Shown in pieces: positions 24,524-36,445 of a stretch of DNA of 64,000 nt. How positions within the stretch are numbered: position 1 is the stretch's first letter; every line of letters starts with the position of its first letter. The translations under genes were made by a program, and so were the position numbers. The stretch comes from Eledone cirrhosa (lineage: Eukaryota), in contig OZ024750.1 of NCBI GenBank assembly GCA_964016885.1, forward strand, positions 21,328,001 to 21,392,000, written 5' to 3'. Under the pieces are notes generated by a model. That model was not told the origin of the DNA and did no database searches. It saw nothing but the letters and a program-made list of their open reading frames with translations.

Positions 24524-26804
24524 TTCTATAGCGATTAGGTCTTCAAAATGTTTATTATAAACATACAGAATATTTTCGAATATTCTATGTCTATATTCAC
24601 ATATATATCGCTATTTCAGAGCATTTATTCCAATTTCTAATTTCTGCCGGACCGGCAACCGCTCTTTCAAACCAGTTCCTGTACACAGCTAAGTATTCTA
24701 TAAGTCTCTAGCTGTGTCATTCTCGATAAAAGCACTGGATATGTAGTCCTGATGATTTCTAACAAGAATGAAACGCGTAGATTACTTCCCTTGCTTTTAT
24801 CGAGAATCTAATTGTAATACGTGACGTATTCTATTCTATAGCGATTAGGTCTTCAAAATGTTTATTATAAACATACAGAATATTTTCGAATATTCTATGT
24901 CTATATTCACATATATATCGCTATTTCAGAGCATTTATTCCAATTTCTAATTTCTGCCGGACCGGCAACCGCTCTTTCAAACCAGTTCCTGTACACAGCT
25001 AAGTATTCTATAAGTCTCTAGCTGTGTCATTCTCGATAAAAGCACTGGATATGTAGTCCTGATGATTTCTAACAAGAATGAAACGCGTAGATTACTTCCC
25101 TTGCTTTTATCGAGAATCTAATTGTAATACGTGACGTATTCTATTCTATAGCGATTAGGTCTTCAAAATGTTTATTATAAACATACAGAATATTTTCGAA
25201 TATTCTATGTCTATATTCACATATATATCGCTATTTCAGAGCATTTATTCCAATTTCTAATTTCTGCCGGACCGGCAACCGCTCTTTCAAACCAGTTCCT
25301 GTACACAGCTAAGTATTCTATAAGTCTCTAGCTGTGTCATTCTCGATAAAAGCACTGGATATGTAGTCCTGATGATTTCTAACAAGAATGAAACGCGTAG
25401 ATTACTTCCCTTGCTTTTATCGAGAATCTAATTGTAATACGTGACGTATTCTATTCTATAGCGATTAGGTCTTCAAAATGTTTATTATAAACATACAGAA
25501 TATTTTCGAATATTCTATGTCTATATTCACATATATATCGCTATTTCAGAGCATTTATTCCAATTTCTAATTTCTGCCGGACCGGCAACCGCTCTTTCAA
25601 ACCAGTTCCTGTACACAGCTAAGTATTCTATAAGTCTCTAGCTGTGTCATTCTCGATAAAAGCACTGGATATGTAGTCCTGATGATTTCTAACAAGAATG
25701 AAACGCGTAGATTACTTCCCTTGCTTTTATCGAGAATCTAATTGTAATACGTGACGTATTCTATTCTATAGCGATTAGGTCTTCAAAATGTTTATTATAA
25801 ACATACAGAATATTTTCGAATATTCTATGTCTATATTCACATATATATCGCTATTTCAGAGCATTTATTCCAATTTCTAATTTCTGCCGGACCGGCAACC
25901 GCTCTTTCAAACCAGTTCCTGTACACAGCTAAGTATTCTATAAGTCTCTAGCTGTGTCATTCTCGATAAAAGCACTGGATATGTAGTCCTGATGATTTCT
26001 AACAAGAATGAAACGCGTAGATTACTTCCCTTGCTTTTATCGAGAATCTAATTGTAATACGTGACGTATTCTATTCTATAGCGATTAGGTCTTCAAAATG
26101 TTTATTATAAACATACAGAATATTTTCGAATATTCTATGTCTATATTCACATATATATCGCTATTTCAGAGCATCTATTCCAATTTCTAATTTCTGCCGG
26201 ACCGGCAACCGCTCTTTCAAACCAGTTCCTGTACACAGCTAAGTATTCTATAAGTCTCTAGCTGTGTCATTCTCGATAAAAGCACTGGATATGTAGTCCT
26301 GATGATTTCTAACAAGAATGAAACGCGTAGATTACTTCCCTTGCTTTTATCGAGAATCTAATTGTAATACGTGACGTATTCTATTCTATAGCGATTAGGT
26401 CTTCAAAATGTTTATTATAAACATACAGAATATTTTCGAATATTCTATGTCTATATTCACATATATATCGCTATTTCAGAGCATTTATTCCAATTTCTAA
26501 TTTCTGCCGGACCGGCAACCGCTCTTTCAAACCAGTTCCTGTACACAGCTAAGTATTCTATAAGTCTCTAGCTGTGTCATTCTCGATAAAAGCACTGGAT
26601 ATGTAGTCCTGATGATTTCTAACAAGAATGAAACGCGTAGATTACTTCCCTTGCTTTTATCGAGAATCTAATTGTAATACGTGACGTATTCTATTCTATA
26701 GCGTTTAGGTCTTCAAAATGTTTATTATAAACATACAGAATATTTTCGAATATTCTATGTCTATATTCACATATATATCGCTATTTCAGAGCATTTATTC
26801 CAAT
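24521..26804 (+). mobile_element. Retrozyme-like tandem array, right block (inverted): about 7.4 copies of the same 310-bp monomer, 7 hammerheads on + strand
   Basis: Reverse complement of the left-block monomer; hammerheads at 24743, 25053, 25363, 25673, 25983, 26293, 26603 (43 nt each). Confidence 0.9.
24743..24785 (+). ncRNA. Minimal type I hammerhead (first of 7 plus-strand copies)
   Basis: gtagtc-CTGATGA-tttct(aaca)agaat-GAAA-cgcg-TA-gattac; stem I gtagtc/gattac, stem II ttct/agaa, palindromic CGCG stem III, GUA triplet; enclosed by the 16-bp IR attctcgataaaagca/tgcttttatcgagaat. Confidence 0.87.
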
Positions 26805-27266
<462 letters not shown>

Positions 27267-28640
27267 TGAAAAATGTAGCTTGAGTTCTCGAATTGACTTA
27301 CATCAATGTTTACCGTGTGTGTGTGTATATATATATATAACAGTAGTAAAGGTTTAGCAATATTTGCCATTAATAATATTGACATTATTCACAGAATATT
27401 GACTTTTCAGGCAATTCAGTTCTTGTCATATTCTGGTTTCTATGCTTAACATTATATGGACTGCAATATACAAACCCTTACATGTTAAATGTGTTTCTAT
27501 ATGCAAAGTTATCTTTGCCAAATAATCCAGCAGGTTTGAGATCATTATACTCTGGTATTGATATTTTATGTACCGAAATATATTGAAAGATCAGGCTGTC
27601 CTTTCCCTAAACATTACTGTTGATGCATGAAATTAATTCTTAAATACTTGACGTGTATTCCTTTATTTAGAGTTGCAAAGAATTGTCGATAGGTTTTCTC
27701 AATTCTTTATACAACAAAGATAGCAATCCTACTAAGAACTTGGTTTATGTATGGCATTCACAACATGACCTTTTAAACATATATATCCATCCTCGCAAAT
27801 ATACATGCATATATGTAAGTGTGTATGCAGGCATGCTGTTGATAAATGCTTTCTTTAATATTGACAAAACCTTCATATTATTCAGGGCTTTAGGTATTTA
27901 TATTTTAGCATTTACAAATTGATTGAATAATACAGCACCAGCCTATGTTACATTGGTTCACAATTATATTATACCAGGTCATGGGATCCGCACGAAATTG
28001 CGGTCAATTTACTCCCAAATCACAGCTTACATACTTCAACGAGAGCTTATTGCACAATGTACTATTGCATTCGCTATGACTATAAAAATACAAAAACAAG
28101 CAGTAACAATGAGATGACTGGTGAAAGGTATTTGATGGAATATATATGTGAGGATGATTGGCCCAGTATCAATCTACAGCAACAAAAGCATGTACACATG
28201 TTTCACATGTTTCTTTACTAATCAAGTTTAGTTTTTTTTTTGTTCTTATCATATAACATATCTTAACACACACAACAAACATTAAATTGACAGTGAATAA
28301 CCTTTCACTTGAAACTTTTACATTGCTATCTTATTTTATGTTTGTCGATTTTTGAAATATTTCCAATTGTATTCTGTTCTGTAATTTAGCTAACATCTAC
28401 CATCATAGCTGCTAGAAAAAAATAATAATATGTAGCCATTGGTTTTTCAATTGCATGAGATTACATTTAAATATCTTATTTATATTCTAGTATATTTTTG
28501 AATACTCTCAACTCATAGCTACTTCTAGCAACAATTTACTAACTTTCCGTCTTTTATACAATCTCTCATTTTCTTTTTACCCTCTACCGAAACTCACTTT
28601 CATCCTTGCTCTTATTTCTTTGGTCTCCCCGTCTTTCCGC

Positions 28641-28753
28641 ATGTATGTATACATATATATATATATATGTATGAATATATGTATGTATATATGTATATAT
28701 ATGAATATATGTATGTATATATGTATATATGTATATATATGTATGTATATATG

Positions 28754-28814
<61 letters not shown>

Positions 28815-28903
28815 ATGTATGTATATATATATATATATGTGTATGTATGTATATATATATATATGTGTGTATGTATGTATATATATATATATATGTGTGT
28901 GTA

Positions 28904-28944
<41 letters not shown>

Positions 28945-29268
28945 ATGTATATATATATGTATGTATATATATTTATGTATGTATATATATGTATATATAT
29001 ATTTGTGTGTGTATGTATATATATGTTTATATGTATATACATATATATATATATATATAACATATATATACATACACACATATATATATATATATGTATA
29101 TACATATAAACATATATATACATACACACACACATATATATATACATATATATACATACATATATATATATACATACATATATACATACACATATATATG
29201 TGTATGTGTATGTATATATATGTTTATATGTATATATATACATATATATGCGTGTGTGTGTATGTATG

Positions 29269-29319
<51 letters not shown>

Positions 29320-29354
29320 TTATGTGCGTGTGTACATTTATACATAAATACACA

Positions 29355-29430
<76 letters not shown>

Positions 29431-29480
29431 TGTGTATTTATGTATAAATGTACACACGCACACACGCGTGCCTATATATA
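28641..29480. repeat. (TA)/(TG)/(CA) compound microsatellite
   Basis: Direct reading. Confidence 0.95.
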
Positions 29481-29965
29481 CGTTTATCCCTTGTATTCTG
29501 CTTGACTATTTACCAATCTCCCACATCAATATTTTTATCTCTTTTTGAACATTTAACGCCTACATGCGTTCGTGAGTTATATCTTCTCTCCTCATTTCTC
29601 TACTACAGCAGCAGCAGCAATGGAAGTAGTGACACGATGTATTTATTGTGTTGTATGTTGGTTGTTTGTTTAGTTTGATCGCTATGGAAAAGTGTTCAAT
29701 TAGCGGATGAGTGTATTTAAATGCAGTTTCGTATATAAGAAAAATCTGATAGGTTGAAGTACTTTAGAGAAGCGTAGCATGCATTCATTGCTTTTGGTAC
29801 ATCACCGACATGTTGTATTCCCCGAACATTAGTATATGCAAGTATAGAACCATCAGCTTGTAGTATATGAACGTGTGGAAATATGTTTTTTACATCTTAA
29901 AGGGATACATGACAAGTGCTGTATGTTTTATTTCTATTTCTCATTAATCAAAACACCCTTGGTTA

Positions 29966-30614
29966 ATATATATATATATATATCTATGTATATATATCTA
30001 TGTATATATATATATATGTATATATATGTATATATATGTATATGTATGTATATATATATGTATATGTTTATATATATGTATATATATGTATATGTATGTA
30101 TATATATGTATATATATATGTATACATATGTATATATGTGTATATATATATGTATATATATATATATGTGTATATATATGTATATATATATATATGTGTA
30201 TATATATGTATATATATATATATGTGTATATATATATATGTATATATATATATGTATATATATATATGTGTGTGTATATATATATGTGTGTGTATATATA
30301 TATATATATGTGTATATGTATATATATATATGTATATATATGTATATATTTATGTATATATATGTATATATATATGTATTTATATATATGTGTGTATATA
30401 TATATGTGTATATATCTATATTTGTGTATATATATATGTATATATATATATGTGTATATATATATGTGTATATATATATGTGTATATATATATATGTGTG
30501 TATAAATATATATGTGTGTATATATCTATATATGTGTATATATATGTGTGTGTGATTATATATATATATGTGTGTATATATCTATATATGTGTATATATA
30601 TATATGTATATATA

Positions 30615-30653
<39 letters not shown>

Positions 30654-30692
30654 ACATATATATATATGTATATATATATGTATATATATATA

Positions 30693-30737
<45 letters not shown>

Positions 30738-30880
30738 ACGTATATATATATAGAGAGAGAGTGATATATATATATATATATATGTATTGGGAAACAGAGA
30801 TAGAGACAGTACATAAACATTTGAGTCGCGCATTTCAGTGTGGGCATATATATATGTATATATATATATATATATGTAAA
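29966..30880. repeat. (TA)/(TG) compound microsatellite
   Basis: Direct reading. Confidence 0.95.
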
Positions 30881-31610
30881 TATGATGATAATAATGGAGC
30901 TGCGGCGTTGCAAATGGGATACATATGAAAAAGTGAGTCCTTCATCAGTGACCCTCCAACCGTCCTCGGCATTTCATCGCTTTAAGGGCCATATGCCTCA
31001 GGTTGGTGCGAACAACGGCTAAAAAAAGTCGTTGGGACACGTAAATAAAGGGGGACGCTAGAGTAACAACAAAAAGGTTTAAGCAACGGAAAGTGAGTAG
31101 AAATAGACAAGTCCCAGATCTCTATGAATATAAATTCTGTGAAATCGTGAACAAGAGACGAAAGACCATCAGACCTGGTTGAAATGTGAGCAAGGAAAGA
31201 ATTTCGCCCAAGTTTGACGGGGGGAATATATAAATAAACATATATATGTGAGTGTGTGGCTGACTGTCTGTCTGTATGTGTGTGTTGTGTAGAGGAACCA
31301 TTCCTATGAAAATCATATTAACGCTAAGTTATCCCTATGAAAACTAGTATAATATTTCTGTATATTTAAGGAGTATGTTTTTGATATAACAGATAAACAC
31401 ACACAGTCACTATCCCTCTACCCCTCCCTCTGTCTATCTATTTATCCATCCATCTCTCTCTCTCTCTCTCTATCTATCTCTCTCTCTCTCTCCCTCCCTC
31501 CCTCCCTCCCTCTCTCCCTCCCTCCCTCTCTCTCTCTTTCTCTCTCACTCTCTCTCTCTAACGCATTAATAATTTTTGAAAACCATGTGCCTCTATCCAA
31601 ACATTATTGT

Positions 31611-31798
31611 CGTGGATTGGCAGTATCGGTAGAAGATCAGACGACATGCTTTGACGCATAGAGTTACGGCCCTTGCCATTCTGAGTTCAAATCCCGCCGA
31701 GGTTAACTTTGCCTTTCATCCTTACGGGGTCGATAAAATAAAGTACCAGTAATGCACTGGTTCGCTGTGGCCTTCTGCCAAATGTAGAAACAATTATT
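31611..31798 (+). mobile_element. tRNA-derived SINE
   Basis: tggcagtatcggtag A box, gttcaaatcc B box, family body. Confidence 0.88.
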
Positions 31799-32250
31799 GT
31801 CGTTTTCTTCAAACAGCCTAGCATTTAAATCACCAACAAATGTTTACGTTAACAATATGTCATATAGAGTGCAATACAGAAAAAATATATGTCGCATCCT
31901 TTCTAATAATCGTGACTCGAAAATTAATACCATCCTCATTTTCATAATACACTTAATATTAAAAATATAAAGTTGCAGAGTTATTTATATATGAATAAAA
32001 TTATTAACTGAAGGAAGTGAAATCACTGGATAGACAATGAAACCAATGATTAGAAATATATTTCTACCCAAACACAGATAAACAAACAGAGACACTTTCA
32101 TACAAAGTTTGTTTCGTTGTCATTAGTAGGCTGTACTTAAAATACATAGAAGCAGATTCATACACATACACACACATATGCATGCACGTAAACAAGCACA
32201 TACACATATAGGAACACAAGCAAAGACACACACACACACACACACACATA

Positions 32251-32305
<55 letters not shown>

Positions 32306-32413
32306 TAACAATCTATATGCATTGAGTACACTAACCTTCTCTCTACTGGCTAATAAACTGCATAACTAATCACTTTTCTGTCCCCCTGATTAGCTTACTT
32401 GCTTTTTACCATG

Positions 32414-32458
<45 letters not shown>

Positions 32459-32537
32459 TATTCCGGGTTGAATCGGAAGTAACCAGAGCAAGCAAGGCAC
32501 TCAATACGTAGCAGAGTATAAAAATTTTAATATAGAA

Positions 32538-32590
32538 GAGCTTCTACAGGACTAGAACTGTTTCATTCGTGAGAAATCATCAGAAAGCTC
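32538..32590 (-). ncRNA. Type I hammerhead motif, left arm of a divergent pair
   Basis: Minus strand: gagcttt-CTGATGA-tttctcacgaat-GAAA-cag(ttctagtc)ctg-TA-gaagctc. Confidence 0.75.
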
Positions 32591-32595
32591 CTGAT

Positions 32596-32644
32596 GCTTC
32601 CTGATGATTTCTCAAGAATGAAACAGTTCTAGTCCTGTAGAAGC
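32596..32644 (+). ncRNA. Type I hammerhead motif, right arm of a divergent pair
   Basis: gcttc-CTGATGA-tttctcaagaat-GAAA-cag(ttctagtc)ctg-TA-gaagc. Confidence 0.78.
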
Positions 32645-32752
32645 TCTTCTATATTAAAACTTATATATATATATATATACATATATGTAAATATAAATAT
32701 AAATATAATCCTTATCGAGGCCACTTCGGATTTTAGTCTTCACATTTATTAT

Positions 32753-32786
<34 letters not shown>

Positions 32787-33199
32787 GGGGGGGGGTCATA
32801 CATATATGCACAGCCACACAAATTCGTGAACACATACTACTTTCAATAAATTTATATATATATATATATATATATGAATCATATTTTCCCTTTGCTTTGT
32901 TGAAGAATGATTTTTAACAAATATTACCTGTGACAAGCTTGCCGAAAATTTATGCGTTGTGTGTGTAATCATGTTCGTGATAATTGTTTAGTTCTGAGAG
33001 AAATAAAATGTAGAATATTACTGTTTCTTTGGGATGTTTCCAAAATAGGTCTAACCCATCCGTACTTCAAGACAGTGTACACATCATAATATATATACGC
33101 ATATAAGAAAATATATTGGAAAAAACCACTCATACACGTACACACACACATATGTATATATGGTGTATATTTATTTTTATATACATATGTATACATATC

Positions 33200-33231
<32 letters not shown>

Positions 33232-33524
33232 TTTCATAAATGTACACACATATATGTCTCTCTATATATACACATATATCTAACCACATATATACTGTAT
33301 ATATTACATCTGTATACTCCTATATACATGCACACGCTCGCAAAACGCACACACATAAACAAATATGGGTGTGTGGGTTTATTTGTGTGCGTTTTTGTGT
33401 GCGTGTGCATGTATATATATATGCATATATCTATACACATGTATATGTGTATATGTATATATGTATATATATACGTATATATTGAAATACATATATATAT
33501 AGAGAGAGACACAGACACATACAC

Positions 33525-33617
<93 letters not shown>

Positions 33618-34458
33618 GATATATATGGAATATGATTTTTTGTCTCCGTAATATTCTTGTATTTTTATCTCCAAAGGTCACGGGGAACATAGAAATAAGA
33701 AATATCTTTCGTTTGTATGGTAATCATGTATAAAAGATAAATTACTCAGACTCTGACTTTTATAATGTATTCTTTGAAGGGAAAAATATAGTAGGGAGGG
33801 GTGTACTGTTTGATACTTGAAAATCGGCGAGTGTTACTGTCTGTTAAGTTGGTGCAATTTGTGCTTTAGTTGCTAGAGAACAAATCATAGTGGTCTTCAA
33901 CGCTACGAAATATGATTATAGAAATTGCGTGTACAATAGGTCAGTAACTTCGCTTGATTAAATACTTTGTGGTCATGCACGGAGCTTAACTTAGAATTTG
34001 ATCTAAATGGAGATTTGTAAAGCAAACCTCTGTAAGCAAAACGACATGAAAGAAAAATTTATCTTACAACTCAAGAATTTCACAAAGTAATGATTTAGTG
34101 AAAATGGTTTTGTTCGCCAGATTAATTTGTTCTGAAATGTTTAAAGCGTCGGTAAGGGATTGATGGAAAAGAAGAAAGTAATATATTTATGGCTTTGATG
34201 AAAATATATTACGTCAACGAAAATACGAACACGTGTATTATTTCCTGAAACCTGAAAGAATAAATATTGATTTATATTGTGTAAAGGAAATGCCTAATCC
34301 CACGATGTCTCAGTATATTACTGATATATATTTCTAATTATAATTGTTGAAATAGAAGGTAAAATTGGCAAAACACTGGCAAGCTTTTAATATAGAATTA
34401 GCAGGGATGAATTAAAATGTAAGAAATGTAAGAATAGTAAAGTGTCACTCTGTTAAAG

Positions 34459-34600
34459 TTTAATTTCTATCTATTAAGTTAAATTAACAAGTTAATATTT
34501 GAAATTTAATTTTTATCTATTAAGTCAAATTAATAAGTTAATATTTGAAATTTAATTTTTATATATTAAGGTAAATCAACAAGTTAATACTTGAAATTTA
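34459..34600. repeat. 46-bp AT-rich tandem repeat, about 3 copies
   Basis: tttaattt(c/t)tat(c/a)tattaag..aagttaata(t/c)ttgaaa starting at 34459, 34505, 34551. Confidence 0.85.
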
Positions 34601-34721
34601 CTTACAGCATTTCATGTATGCCAAGAGGTGTAATAAAACTAGCCATTTGAAAGGAATAGACAGAGAAAAATAGATAAAAATAGAACCAGTGTAATGGGTT
34701 ATAATCATGGCTTAGCTAAGA

Positions 34722-35110
34722 TTATAATTTAAGAAAACATTTGTGCTTACAGTTGAATATCCTAGCTTGTTTAGAAATTAGAAGGTTCAATCCCGTCAAG
34801 ATTAGAAGTACTTCCATCGCACAAAGATCACATTCCTTTTTTTCACATCGATAGGGGTGGGAGAATCCTAGACTTAACCATGACTGTTTATATTCTATTT
34901 TTTTTTTTATCCCCATATGTTTCTTCATTTCTAGACCTTTTAAATAGCAGGCTTTATCACATAGAAATGTCCACCATTTCAGCTCTAACTTATCTTTATC
35001 AGTCATGCTGACACTACTAACATTCATGAATTTATGGCCTGTTTATTTTTAACCACAATAGCCATACCCACCACATATATGATCCCCTTTGATCTAGAGA
35101 TTAACTATTT
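34722..35110 (-). mobile_element. Decayed Penelope-like element, GIY-YIG endonuclease/C-terminus
   Basis: RSKGIIYVV.. then, after a frameshift, ..YKQSWLSLGFSHPYRCEKKECDLCAMEVLLILTGLNLLISKQARIFNCKHK; the W..PY..CxLCxxExxxI..LL..CxH pattern matches PLE endonuclease C-termini and the fragment at 60.2 kb. Confidence 0.75.
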
Positions 35111-35357
35111 CTCAGCCAATGACATATCTTATTTATGTAGTACCAAACCGTCCATAGGTCAATTCATCACTCCTTCCCCTTCTTTATTTTTTTCTACTAA
35201 TAAACCTGAAACATCTAAATATTCTGTTTATATTCTCTGAGGATTTATTGAGTAATGATGTAATATGAGTGAACACTTAATATATCTTAACAGGTATTGT
35301 AGATGTGACTTGATGGGGAAACACTTGACAGGATGCGTCTGTTTTTTCCTTATGTAA

Positions 35358-35398
<41 letters not shown>

Positions 35399-35422
35399 TA
35401 TATGTATATATATAGAGATAGA

Positions 35423-35467
<45 letters not shown>

Positions 35468-35576
35468 ATGTGTGTGTGTGTGTATGTGTGTGTGTCTGTG
35501 TGTGTGTGTAAATATATATATATATATATGTATATATAATATAAGATCAAAAGATGGTTCAAAGAGTTCCAAGTAG

Positions 35577-35641
35577 TTTATTATGCGCATTTCAAAAACA
35601 AATATCAGCATGGGATGATATCTGCGTTTTCATCAGATAAA
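35577..35641 (-). ncRNA. Type I hammerhead motif with long stem II, inside a 100-bp-arm fold-back (35536-35804)
   Basis: Minus strand: tttat-CTGATGA-aaacgcagatatca(tcccatgc)tgatatttgttttt-GAAA-tgcgca-TA-ataaa. Confidence 0.75.
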
Positions 35642-35890
35642 ATAGGGATACATGATATGAAGCTTAAAAATCACTTGTGAATAGTGAAGTTTTAAATCAA
35701 CATATGATGAAAACGCAGATATCATCCCATGATGATATTTGTTTTTGAAATGCGCATAATAAAGTACTTGGAACTCTTTGAACCATCTTTTGATCTTATA
35801 TTATTTATACTCCAGTCCTACAAACGGTAGAGTGCTACTTATCCGATATTTGCATTGCTTTATTGTGCTACAATAAAACTCACCTCCTAC

Positions 35891-35946
<56 letters not shown>

Positions 35947-36367
35947 GTGTGTATTTGTGTGTGTGTGTAAATATATATATATATATATATATATAGGAAC
36001 GAGTAGGACCCCGACGGCTGAGCTCAAGCCGTTTCGACGGCTAATTCTGGACATATATATATATATGTACAGCGAATGTAGATTATTATTATTATTATTA
36101 TTATCATTATTATTATTATTATCGCACACGCAGAAATCTTGCTAGTTCCAAACACAACACAACACATACAGATGCTCACATCTATATGTTCTAGAAATAT
36201 TTTAGGAGGCAATGACATCGTCTAGAATGTTAAACTAATGTAAGAAGTATTATCCTATATTAGTGTCAGTTTTATGTAGTAGGATGATCGTCTTTAGCGT
36301 CTAGCTCACCAGGACATAAATGGTTATGTATTTCTACAGTTAATGCTCAATATCGAGTGAGTTTCTC

Positions 36368-36445
36368 CAGAATGTTCCTATTTTAAACTCATACTTTAAA
36401 TCTAATATCAGAATGTTCCTATTTTAAACTCATACTTTAAATCTA
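36368..36445. repeat. 37-bp direct duplication (period 41)
   Basis: cagaatgttcctattttaaactcatactttaaatcta twice. Confidence 0.9.

Noticed and set aside
22463-26804. CRISPR array or plain satellite DNA
   Set aside because: No unique spacers and a eukaryotic context; a plain satellite does not explain the hammerhead, the pervasive hairpins or the discrete insertion in (TA)n
22463-26804. Simple long-read fold-back artefact
   Set aside because: Flanks are not mirrored, block ends differ in phase and the junction is asymmetric with microhomology; exact copy number still needs read-level confirmation
30940-31010. Possible HDV-like or hammerhead ribozyme in a GC-richer insert
   Set aside because: Only an imperfect hairpin (ccaacc..ggttgg); neither topology could be completed
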